Assembly (NCBI RefSeq): GCF_009914755.1
Contig: NC_060933.1
Length of the DNA: 64,000 nucleotides
Origin: the human T2T-CHM13v2.0 reference genome, Homo sapiens
Strand: one strand, 5' to 3'
The position numbers and the translations under genes are program-made. The notes under the pieces are model-generated. The model did not search any database. It worked only from the letters and a program-made list of their open reading frames with translations, and was not told the DNA's origin. This document shows, one piece after another, positions 12,481 through 25,017 of this stretch (positions within the stretch are counted from its first letter, which is position 1; each line of letters opens with the position of its first letter).

Positions 12481-15400
12481 ACTCTATGGCAGGGGCTGAC
12501 TGAATCTGCGTTCCTCACTGAGCCAAAGCCACTACGCTGATGCCGTCCGTATCAGAGCTCGGACCCAACATCAGCTATGCTAAAATGTCTGCATTTAGTG
12601 TCAGCTCCATCGCTTATAACTCTTCCTCCAGAGGCAACTATAATCATTTTCTGCTTGATCTTAATATAAGCACTGAACTATATTCAAGTGACAACCGCTG
12701 TAGCTTATACCCCCTCTGAGGCTCAGATTGGATAGTTTGGAATTTAAATAATAAAAAAGGAACAAGCTGACATGACAATAAGGTCACACTTTAGCCTCTT
12801 CTGAGCCAATACACCATTTGCTCTCTGTGAAACAGCTGAATATAATCAAATTAAATACAATTCCTATTACAAAAGAAGAAAGACCAAGGCTGTTCCAATA
12901 AACCAATTCTCCTGCCTAGTTAAACTGCAAAACCTTCAGGAAAGGTTTTGAAAGCATGACCCATCAGTTCTAATTTTTAAAACTTATCCTTTCAGTCAAC
13001 ACTAGAAAAAGGCCCATTCCAACTTTTATCTTTGCTACAAAGTGCTGTTATCTTGGCTTGATGTCAGGAGCTCTATCTCTCTTTCTGCTGACAAGCAGAG
13101 ACGAGAAAGATAAGATTGGAAACGAATCTCACTTCTCTGAGTAAATAAATAATCAATACTCATCTAAATGTAAATGAGAAGGTAGCCCCCTCTGATAACA
13201 GCACTCTTATCAGAGAGCCAATTTTCTTCAGACATTTGGCCTCAACCAAATCACCATCATTCAGCCCCAGCCTAATGGCAAAAAATCGTAACTAAATTGA
13301 ACCGATCACCAGAGATCAACTAAGTTCGGCCCTGGCCACTTCAGGTTCAAATGTTTGGGAATGCAATTTTGCCCCCATTAACTTTCAATAGCAATGAAGA
13401 ACAGACTGGTCAAGGGGCCAGTCGGTGCAATAAACAAAGCCCAGCAAGGGGGCCGGCCAGAAGATGAGGAGGAGTGGGCTTCAGTGTTTAAACAACAACA
13501 GTGCCATCATGGAAGCAAGCCCCAAAACTGTGAAGGGAAGGCCGCTTCTGTGGGCTGAGTAGATGGCACTCTTTCCTCTATCTAAGGCTTGGCTGAAACT
13601 GAGAAGACATTTAATTTGGCGAATGATGATGATGATTAAAGTTTATTAAAACAAATATAAAGAAAAAAGATATTAAAAAGCTACTGTAGCTAAAAATAAC
13701 CTAAGGTTCAAATGATCAATTTCCTCCAACTAATTTGTCTCAGACTTACATCTGACCCAGCAGTGCCGCACTGACCTGATTTTACTGAAAGAAGACGCCG
13801 TCTACAAGACAAATCACTTTCAAACCACTGCACTGGGGTTTCCATTTCTTTGCTGCAAGACTCAATTCACTGCTGATGAGAGTATTGGGGAAATTATGAC
13901 CATTATTGATAGGACAGCAAAACCACTTTCACACAGCAGTCTTCAAGTCGACAGAAAGCTTGCACTAGACCATTAATGAAGGTGTCAGCTAAAACCAGAA
14001 ATTAAAGACAAAGACTGGAAGAGGCCTAATTTTTAGAGCATGTTAAGGACACCAGACACATAGAAGCGGCAGCCATTCATCCCCTTAAGAGTAACAGAGC
14101 CTAAATAAGGATAAGCAGAAGAAAGGGCTACTCTACTTATGATTAGGGAAAGAAAATGCTTTTTTTCTTGCCTGGCCTTGGAGTTCCAAGGCCACAGGCT
14201 CTCAATATTATCAGCTCACAATCTTCATCAGCCAAAGGAGGAGATGTTTGGTGTGAGACAGAACTACCCAATGTTTTACAATCTCTATTGCTGCTGTGAG
14301 CATCCAATCCTAGAAGGCAGATGTGTGGCAGTTGGAGTGTGGGTTCTGGAGTCAAAAAGACTTGGATTGAAATCCTGGCTCTTTTACAAGTTATGCGACT
14401 CTGGGCAAGTTAGTGGATCTAAACCTTCATGGAGTAATTCCACAGATTATGTGTAACACAATGCCTAGCACATAAGTACTTAATAAATGTCAGTTATATT
14501 GCTACACAAATTTGACAAAATCATCAACTTGCCCTTTTTGAAAACAAGTCAAATATTGCTTCATTCCTGGACTATAATAACAGCATCAGCAACTGACATG
14601 GAGGACTTTCCTGGCCCTTAACAACGTGCTTTCCATGCATTTGCTTTCCGCATCTTCATAAAACTCTATGCGGTAGGCCCTACAATAATCCCACTTTACA
14701 GAGGAGGAAAATAAACCATGGAGTGGTTAAGTCATGTACCCACGGTGAGGCCAGGACGAGAATGCAAGTTTTTCCAATTCCAAAGCCTGTGCTCTTCACC
14801 ACTCTGCTCTGCTGTATCCCATAAAGAACAGTATAGGTTTTGATCTTTGGGTTAAAAAAAAAGAATTGTAAGGTTTAGATGATTTATCAGTTCAGAAAGG
14901 AGTAAAGATGCTGTGTGGGAGACCAGGCAGCAGGGAAGAGTAGGAAGTTGATCTTGAGGGGGTCAAAACTGAGAGTCCATCAACCCTCACAGCAGGCGTG
15001 TCACATGAACACCAGCTGCTTGCCCTGATTTTTCCAGGGTTGGGGTGGGGGTTCTTTTTCTAAGTTAAGTGATTTACAGACTTACTGCCTCAATCCACAG
15101 TTCTGAAAGTGTGATTTCTTTAGGGTTTAACTATACCCATTTCTAGTCTTGTTACAACTTTTTTATTGTGATAGAAAACATTTACTGGAAATATGTTACT
15201 GCTATTACCAGGTCATAAAATAAAAAGAAAAATAGTTTATGTATTGCCATCATTTCCAACCATCAATCAGAAAGTGCCAAGAGGAGGAAAGGAAAGGGCG
15301 TACCGCTGAATTTCCTTCTTTGTGTGGGAGAAACTGTAGGAGCATCATAATTCTTTAGAACAAATTTATTCTTGAATACCTAGCCTCACGAATGGGCTCT

Positions 15401-15946
15401 GGGGAGGAGCAGGGAGGCATCCTTTTGGCATATCCCCTCCTCTCTGCAGCCCTGCCTGAATCCCTGTCAGAATTAAGAGCTCTTTCATCCCACCTTCCTT
15501 GGGACCTTGCTTTTCTCAGTGCACCAAGCATGCTGAATTAGAAGTACTTTTGTCTATTTGTCATTCCCCCCACCTAGCCAGCATCAGGGCACTCTTTGAA
15601 GACGGGGTGGGAGGCTTTCAAAAAAACTCAACTCTGTCTTCCCAGGGCTTCAGCATAGCAAAAGGCTCTTTGTTGGTGCTTAATAATCGTTGTTAAATAG
15701 AATGCCTTCCACAAGGTGGCCTTGAAAATTGAACTCAACAATCTACTTCTTCTAGCTAATATTCCTATCCTAAGAAATATTAGCCCAAGTATACAATGAT
15801 GTATGTTCAAAGATGTTCATTAAAGTACCGTTTTAATATAAAAAATTTCATACAACCTAAACATTTACCAGTAGGAAACTATTAAATAAATTATGGTATA
15901 TCTATACACTGGGCTGTCATATGGTTGTTGTAAGAATAAGCTAAGT

Positions 15947-16333
15947 TGGTTGGGTGCAGTGGCTCACATTACATCTGTAATCCCATACTACATCTGTAAT
16001 CCCACATTACATCTGTAATCCCATATTACATCTGTAATCCCACATTACATCTGTAATCCCACATTACATCTGTAATCCCAACACTTTGGGAGGTGCAAGT
16101 GGGAAGATGACTTGAGAGCGGGAGCTCGAGACCAGTGAAACCTCGTCGCTACAAAAAATTAAAAAAAAAAAAATTAGCTGGTTGTGATGGTGTGGAGCTG
16201 TAGTGTCAGCTACTTGGCAGGCTGAGGCAGGAGGACTGCTTAAACCCAGGAGTTCAAGGTTACTGTGAGCTATGATGGTGCCACTGCACTCCAGCCTGGG
16301 CAACAGAGCAAGACCATCTCTAAAACAAAATAA
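15947..16333 (+). mobile_element. AluJ carrying an internal minisatellite
   Basis: Alu consensus match; TSD aataa(a)gctaagtt. Confidence 0.9.
15967..16080. repeat. 19-bp minisatellite, 6 copies of (C/T)A(T/C)TACATCTGTAATCCCA
   Basis: Direct reading. Confidence 0.97.
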
Positions 16334-17008
16334 AGCTAAGTTAATAAGACATGGGAAGAATTCTATGATACATTATTAAATTTATAAGATATAGAATGTA
16401 CAGAGTAGGCTACATGTTAGTAAAGTAAAACCCGAATAAAATAAAAGCACCAAAACATAGGTGCACTGATATGTGGATTTGTGAAACACACAGCACAATC
16501 TGGAGGGTCATGAACCAAACCATTCTCACAGCCGTTCTTTTACCTGTAGTAACCTGTGGGGTAGAGGAAGGTATACCAGCAAAGAAGATGGCTTTTGATT
16601 TTTACTTTATAGATTCCTATCACATTTGGGTTTTTGACAGTAGATCATTATAAGTATTACATTTATTTTAAAAATTCAATTTTAAAAAATGAGGTGGAAA
16701 AATCTCAGAGATTATTCCAGCTAGACCAGACTAGGGAAGACTGTGGCCCCTGGAACCTCCTTGAGTCTCCTCTCACACCATCTGGCTCCTCACACATCAT
16801 GTAGGCTCAGTGGCTCTGGAGAGAGACCTAAACAGTTGAGGAGCCAGGAACTAAATTGGGATAGAGCCTGTTCAAGAGTTCCTGAGGTCCATAGTCAAGC
16901 TACAAGTAGACCACAGAAGCTTCCAGTGCTGCTTAAAGGGGTTGAGCAGGCAAAGGTGAAGAGGACTGACTGGAGCATCTGGGGCCAGACTACAAAGACT
17001 GTTTACAG

Positions 17009-17325
17009 CTGGGTGCGGTTGCTCGTGCCTGTAATCCCAGCACTTTGGGAGGTCAAGGTGGGGAGGATCGCTTGACGCCAGTTCAAGAACAGCCTGAGCA
17101 ACACAGTAAGATCCCGTCTCTACAGAAAATAAAAATTAGCCTGGTATGGTAGCACACACTTGTCTTAGCTGCTTGGAAGGCTGAGGTGGGAGGATTGCTT
17201 GAGCCTAGGAGATCAAGGCTGTAGTGAGCTATGATCATGCCACTGCACTCCATCCTGGATGACAAAGCAAGACCTTGTCTAATATATATACATATATATG
17301 TCTTTTATATATATATATATATATA
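17009..17325 (+). mobile_element. AluJ with a (TA)n tail
   Basis: Alu consensus; TSD aa(a/g)actgtttaca. Confidence 0.9.
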
Positions 17326-17786
17326 ATTTAAAAAATTAATAACAAAAACTGTTTACAAAGGCAGGCCACAACTGCAGACCAAGGGTCAGATCCCATTCGC
17401 TCCTGTTATCACCATGGCCTGATAACTATGCCCGCCCCAGCCTCCTCATGGATTCTACCCAGAGCCACAGAAAACAAAGGTGTCCCATAATGTCTCTGGT
17501 CTTCCTCTAAGGCAGTTCTGAAGCCTCCATGCAGGCTTTGAGATAAGTGGTGGTCAGGAGTCCATCCCTACAGCCTGTGGGTAGAGAAAAGGTCTGGATT
17601 TGATCCCTGCCTAAGCTTAATAAAGTGTGTATCTAGGGAATGTTCTGCAAACTCTGCAGACCCCAGCACATTTGAGACAGTATGATGTAACGCTTATAAG
17701 CCAGACTCCTTGGGTGTGAAGTCCTAGCTCCACCACTCACATGTTATGTAATCCTGGGTAAGTTACTTAGCCTTTCTGTGCATTAC

Positions 17787-17818
17787 TTTCCCATCTGTAA
17801 AATTTCCCATCTGTAAAA
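17787..17818. repeat. 16-bp perfect tandem duplication inside a MIR
   Basis: tttcccatctgtaaaa x2. Confidence 0.9.
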
Positions 17819-19122
17819 ATGGGCATCTATATCTTAGAGTTGTTGCAAGGATTCATTGAGTTAATACAAGTAAAACGTGTAAGTAGAAAGGATGCCTGGC
17901 CCACAGTTTTCATAAAGTCTGTAGCTTTAGCTGCATTGTCCCTATGCCTGGGTTGCTGCTTCTGCTTTCTAAGCAGCACTCGGAAAGAGAAGGGTCTCTA
18001 GTTCTCTAGGAGAGGCTGAAACCTCCAGGTCAGCCTTACTGGCCTCATCTTCCTCCCCTCTAATGATATAGTAATCCAGAAATATCCTCCAAACCATGCC
18101 ATTTCAACCATCTGTGTCTTTGCTCATACTAGTCCCTCAGTTTGGAACAATCTTCCCTCTACTTCACTTCTTTACTCTGTTTTTTCCCACTCAAGGAATC
18201 AAAACTCTGCTTAGATGCCTCTGTCTCTGGACTTCTTCGTGCAACCCACACTACAAAGACCTCTTGTACTACATATATGCAAGTTGAGAATGGAGAGCAC
18301 ATTTCAGCGTCCCTACATTCCTAGGACAGCCTCAGCATACAGGTATGTTTAGTGATTATCTGGTGATGAAACAAGCCCATCCTGCTTAGTTACCATCCTA
18401 CCTCTTCCTCCAAAGTAGACTTGGAGCTCCACCTCCATCTGACTCCAAATGCCTCCACTGTTTGGAGATTCCCATTAGTGTCCCAACTCTGACTGGGTTT
18501 CCTAGGGATGGATGGAACTAGCATGGATCTAGCTGACTCACCTGGACATTGGCTGGAGAATGGAAGACCATCATTGACAGGGTCCAATCCCTCATCCCCA
18601 TCAGTCTGGTTCTCTTACCCAGGTCCATCTTCAGTAGCCACCTATCCCAACACATATCCTACCAAAGTTATCTGAGCCACAACACACAGGCCTAAGTGGA
18701 GCCCACTCAACATCAGAACAAGAAGAGGTAACACATGTACAACCAAAAACTTCAAAACTTGCAGAAGGTTGGGAGCCACTGGACAGGAGCCTCATATATG
18801 CGGTTGTAGGCAGAGAGTGTGCTTGAAGGCGCAGACCCTTCACTACCATGAGGAGTGCTAATACTCTACATCCTGTCACTATGCAGCCAGCAGGAATGTA
18901 CTTCTCTTTAGAGAAAGGAGGTCCCCTACTATTTGTAAAAAAGGAAATTTTTTTTTCTCCTTGAAATCCAGATATCACTTGTTAGAGAGGTTGGAAACCT
19001 TTACCTTTGTCCCTAAGAATCCAATTTTTCAATCCAATCTGTTTCTCTTAACTTGAGTCACTGTGACAATACCAAATTTTACATACAGTTATCTGTTGCT
19101 CTGTAAAGAAATACAGATGGTT

Positions 19123-19404
19123 TTGTGGAAATAAACAGTCATTTATTTTAAACAATTGTAAAATAGTTTATGGAAACCAGTGGGGTAATGCATTCAAATA
19201 AATGCCAAAACTGGTTGATGGGGATCCAGGGTGCTAAATCACACTGCAGAGGAATTTAGCTGTGGGGAACAGACAGTAAATCCAGAGTGACAGAATTTCC
19301 CGTGATGGCAAAGGTTTCTGACATCCAGTCCAGTACTCAAAACCCACAGCAGTTCAAACCCATTTTCCTTAACACAGCCTTGACAGCCAGTGAAATTAGT
19401 GAAT
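19123..19404 (-). other. MAPKAP1: 3' UTR of the alternative terminal exon
   Basis: Repeat-free sequence between the TAA and the poly(A) signal. The 3' end is estimated from AATAAA spacing. Confidence 0.7.
19142..19147 (-). terminator. Polyadenylation signal AATAAA of the intronic terminal exon
   Basis: Plus-strand tttatt. On the minus strand it is followed by CA about 15-18 nt later and then by U-rich tctgtatttcttt. Confidence 0.7.
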
Positions 19405-19418
19405 TTAGTCACAAGCAC
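19405..19418 (-). CDS. MAPKAP1: Coding part of the MAPKAP1 alternative terminal exon (G-A-C-D-stop; Sin1-gamma/Sin1.5-type C-terminus)
   Basis: Minus strand reads catttttgtttcttctgttttttgtccttag|GT GCT TGT GAC TAA. Phase 1 matches the donor of the 110-nt exon, giving ...KVSGACD*. This agrees with the recalled 323-aa isoform in which PQY is replaced by ACD. Confidence 0.88.
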
Positions 19419-21721
19419 CTAAGGACAAAAAACAGAAGAAACAAAAATGAGACTTCATTTATCTTCAACCTTCTCTGAGCTACATGAAAGTGGTGACTCC
19501 AACCTGAGTCAGTGGAGAGCAAGCTTAGAGCCAATTGTTTTCAGTCAGCAGACTCTGTTATGATATATTGGAATCTGAAGACTTTCATTCAAATCTGCTT
19601 ATGTCAGAGGCTTCGGTAAACCACTTCCTCTCTGAACTTCAGTCTCTTCCTCTGTTAAATGCGGATAATACAGTAGTTGTATGTACTTGACAGGATTTTG
19701 AGCAGATTCAGTGAGGCACCAGGATTATTCTTTGGCTAGCTTGATGCCAGTGGCCCTGGTGGAAGGGGCTCTAGCCCAGGGTGGGACAAAAGGCTACAGG
19801 GCCTCTTTAGGGACTTCTACCAACTCTTCAGGGAAGCACCACTGCCAGTGAATGGTTGGACCAGCCTTTGCAGGAAGAAAGAGACTCTAAGCTCTTTTTT
19901 GCTTCTAATTTTACAGGACAATCAACTATAAACTTATCATCCTTCCATTCTCAAACCAGCTTTTTTTCCTTGTAACTGTGCTTCCAATGACGACACTACG
20001 ATTCACCCAATGAATTAAATCAGTTGGTTCATCAAACTGTACTAAACTCCTACCATGTGCCATGTCATGAGCTAGTCACTGTAGATATGAAGATGAACAA
20101 GACTCTGCATCTGGCCTCTAAGGACTTGGCATAGTGAACACGGCACTCTCAAGTTTGGAATACTTCTTAGCCTTCCCCCTTGTTGATGACATTAAATCGG
20201 CTCCCAAGTTCTGCAGACTCTACCCACTTAATACATCTCCCTTGCATTCCTTCTCACTCAGGCCGCAGTAATGGTTTCCCAACCTTCTTCTGGCCTCCAG
20301 CCAACCACTCTTCACCCTATTGTTAGAGTGCTCTCCAGAGCCAAATTCTGGTAGATTCAAGGTATCACTTTCATACAATCCCTTCACAACTTCCTTGCAG
20401 GCTACTAGTTTAGATGCAAATTCCTTACCCCACTCTCAAGGCTTTCTATCCATCCTAATTTCTTGTCCATCTATGTCCTTTATGACCCAAACTAGACTCA
20501 CTGTTCAGTGCATATATGTCCTGGTTTCCTACCTCCATGTCACTGCTGTGCCCTTCCCTTCACCCAGACTGACTCCGTCAGCTTGTCAAAATCACATCCC
20601 TCCTTTTTGATTATCCCCTAAGTCTTATCTTCTCTCCTTCTGACCCCATGATATCAGGCCCAACCAGAGTCCCAGACTGGCCTCCTTCCTTTCCCCACAA
20701 TAGGGAAAGTTGCACCAGTTAACGTCTTCAAGGCAATAGGATTTCTACAATCCCCAGCCAACCAAAAACAGGGCTTCCTTTTTAAAAACTCTAGCCTTGG
20801 CCTTTACATCTCATTCAGTTAACTGTCCTTGCTCCTGGCCCAATCCTGCCCAGAACCCTGCCCTCAGGCCTGGTGCCATGCTAGGTTCCCAGTGTGTCTC
20901 TCTGAAAATCCTGCCCTGCCCTCTGATACTGCCTGCCCGCCTGGATTTCCTTGTGCATAAATCATACATTTAATTTATCTGAATTCAACCATACTTGCTA
21001 GGTAGAAAAGAGGAAAAAAAGAGGGAGACCTGACCAAGAGCACAATTTAAGCAGTTGGGAGAATTCCACTTGCCATGACTCTCAGTGATCCAATGAGCCC
21101 CAAGAGTGGGAATATGAGGCAGGAGTCCAGAAATCATCTTTGCAACTATGGAACCTTGTAAATGTGTGATAAGTGACTAACTGCATTAAATGGGTGGATG
21201 ATAGTATCTCAGTCTTTCTAGACCAAGTTTGATTTTAGCATTTAAAAATATGTACTTTTAGCTGTTACGATGCTAGAGAAAAAAGCTGTGTGAATTTAAT
21301 GAGAAAAATTACATTGCCTCTGATGGGCATTTTTAAAGAGATTTTTCTTTCCCACAGGTAATTTTGACAATGGGATTTTTACTCACCTGTTGCCTTTGTG
21401 ATCTAACCCTGGATAAGCTGTGGCTCTTGGTACGGCCACCCCCAGGTGCTGAGCATCATCTGCTTCCCTGGTCCTTGCTGCCAGGACCTGCAGTTCCCCC
21501 GCTGTCCTTATGGCCCCCCACTGCTGACTGCCCATCTGCCCTGTTCCCTGCTGTGGGGGCCAGATCCTTCAGAGATTGGCTCCACCTGTCAACAGGGCTT
21601 CTCTCTGCCTGCCCCATCTTCCTTCTAATAACCATTGTGCCAACTGAGGTTTGTGTTTCAAGTCAGAACACAAGCCTTGGTGAGTACTTATTTATTTATT
21701 TATTTTTTATTTTTTTACGTA

Positions 21722-21790
21722 AGTAAAGAGGCCAGGCTTGAGGACTGCAACCTAGGAGCATAGATTTAGGTTGCCCTAAATACACTCCCA
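21722..21790. mobile_element. Short ERV1-class LTR-like fragment
   Basis: ttgaggactgcaacctaggagcatagatttaggttgccctaaatacactcc resembles MER4-group LTR sequence as recalled. Confidence 0.4.
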
Positions 21791-23044
21791 GCACTTTAAT
21801 TACCACTACCCTGTCCAGCTTTATAACAGCCATTTAAGTTCTCACCTCAGTACCTTCTACTAGGTTGGTAGGACAGTGATGGTGGGGTCAAGCACTACCA
21901 CCAATTCATAAGACCTTTGGAAATTACTTAAGTGCTCTAAGCACTGGTTCCTTATCTCTAAGTGGGGAATGATGATAATTTCTAACTCATGTGGTTATTA
22001 TACAGATTAAATGAGATAACACATGTAAAGCACTTAGTTTGGCACATAAGTGCTCAATAAATAGCAACTATTTCTTAATACATTAATACAATTTTGCACA
22101 TTTTGCCATGTTCAACTCTCAAGCTTCTTATCTTAAACAGGTAAGAAGCTGAATTATATATCCTGTTTTATTTTAAGCCAATTGTGACTTACAACCGAAC
22201 ATGTTGCTTCTCTTTGTGCTACAAACAAAACAAAAAGGTAAAAGCAATGGGAAAAATGGCAGAAGAGGAGACGTGGCTGTCAGCCATTTTCCTTTCTCAG
22301 AGTTTTCTTTCTTGTTAGATCTATTATCTGGGAGCTGGGCTGCCCTGCTGGCTTTCCATTTGCCTTGCTAATAACAGTAAATCCAGCAGCTTCCACTGCA
22401 GTTCCTGTCTCCTTCAGCTGACTCCCAGGCCAATCAGCATTTCCTCTCTGCTAATGTCAGATGTTCCCTGGGAAGTCCTGCTGAAAAGAAAATTTATGAC
22501 TAAAGTTTCTCCAGCTTTTAACCCTTCTGCATATCCTGCTCCAGATGCAGGGTGCTCCAGAGGAAGGCTAGGTCATTCCTACACGTGCACTCCTATGTTC
22601 TTGCTGATGCTCTGCTGCTCTGACAAGGGGCCTCGGACCCCTGGAAAAGCCCAAATGAGCAGCTGCGCAGACAGATGCACACATTCTGGGCTGTACCTAA
22701 TACATGGACTCAATTTGAGCTGGGTTCCTTAGCAGCTAGAGTCTCTTTTGAACTATAACTCAAAGCAGTCATATTCATACAAAAAGAGCATTAGATCACA
22801 AAATTGTGAGTCTGACTAGGTTTCATGACTGAAACTGAAAGGAGGGGACAGGACTAACATTTACTGAGTGATAAGATAATAACAGCAAAGACTTACTGGG
22901 TCCTTGGTGCTTTGCAAGGATCGCTGCTTAATTCTCACAATAATGCTATGAAGAAGACATTATTATTATTTTCATTCATAAATGAGGAAAACGAAGTTCA
23001 AACAGGTTAAGAAACTTATCAGAGAGCTAGAAAAAGTAACAGGA

Positions 23045-23443
<399 letters not shown>

Positions 23444-24420
23444 TTAAGGCTATCAACCAGAAGACTATGATCTGGTTGGGACCTTATTTTATTGAAGAGG
23501 AGACTAAAGCAAGGAACTCAAAGACAGAGAATGACCAGTTTTAAGCCAATAGAGGAAGCATGATCTTCTGATCCGCAACAGCCACCTCCTGAAATAAATC
23601 CTCCAAGGCTCTCAGAAGAGGAGAATGCACTGACGTAGGCGTTCAGGAGACAATGGGGTGGTACTCCACAATCTCTTCAGTGGAACAGAGAACAATGGCT
23701 GGCTGCCGAGATTCAGGCTTGCTGGCAAAGGTGGCAGTGGTGCAGCAGCCACTGCCAGGCCCTTACAGACCTTATGTTCTTGGCACAGAAGGGTCTCATC
23801 ACAGGGTTTACATTTTAAGTAAGTTCAAGCCTTTGGGGATGTCTGCATGCTGGCTCCATGGACTTTCCTATGACCTCTTCTGTACCTCTCCACAGAAGTT
23901 AGATGATGTACTTAACCAGATCAGCAAATCCAGTAAACTAATTTTTGTCCCAATTTAGAAAGAAGTAAGAATGTCAAAATGTACATGTGACAGCTGTTTG
24001 GGACTCTAATGTTATGGAAAAGCAGCTGTTTTCATTTATATTTGAGATATTAGTCATCCTTCCAATGGGACAGAGTATCCAGCTAATAGCTTATGCTTTA
24101 ACCTACGGAAAATATGGGTCACAGAGACAAAGTGTTGGCAGAATCACAATACACTGACTATACTCATATAACATTTTGGTCTTAAAAAGTTTGAAAACGT
24201 TTATAAGAAACAACTATTTAATAATGATGTTCTCAGAGAAATCTGACATCCAACATGTTGAAATGAATGGTTTGCTTTTAGGAGAAAGGGCGTTTTCAAA
24301 TAGACAAAGTCCACATAAGTAAGGAAAGAAAGATCCTTCTACACTCCAGAAGTTGAAAGTAAGATGTTTTCTTTTAACAAAATTTAAAAATTAACTTTAA
24401 TCAAAGTAGCATATATATAG

Positions 24421-24701
<281 letters not shown>

Positions 24702-24714
24702 CATACATGTAGTG

Positions 24715-25017
24715 TTTTTTTTGTTTTTTTTGGGGGATGTAGTCTCACTCTGTCACCCAGGCTGGAGTACAGTGGCGCGATCTTGGCTCACTGCAAGCTC
24801 TGCCCGCCCCCAGGTTTAAGCAATTCTCTGCCTCAGCCTCTGGAGTAGCTGGGACTACAGGCGTGTGCCACCATGCCCAGCTAATTTTTTGTATTTTTAG
24901 TAGAGATGGAGTTTCACCATCTTGGCCAGGCTGGTCTTGAACTCCTGACCTCCTGATCCACCCACCTTGGCCTCCCAAAGTGCTGGGATTACAGGCGTGA
25001 GCCACCGCGCCCGGGCC
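24715..25017 (-). mobile_element. AluSg-like
   Basis: Full dimer. Confidence 0.92.

Noticed and set aside
15967-16080. Palindromic short repeats resembling a CRISPR array
   Set aside because: The units are directly adjacent with no unique spacers, they derive from Alu sequence, there are no cas genes, and the DNA is primate.
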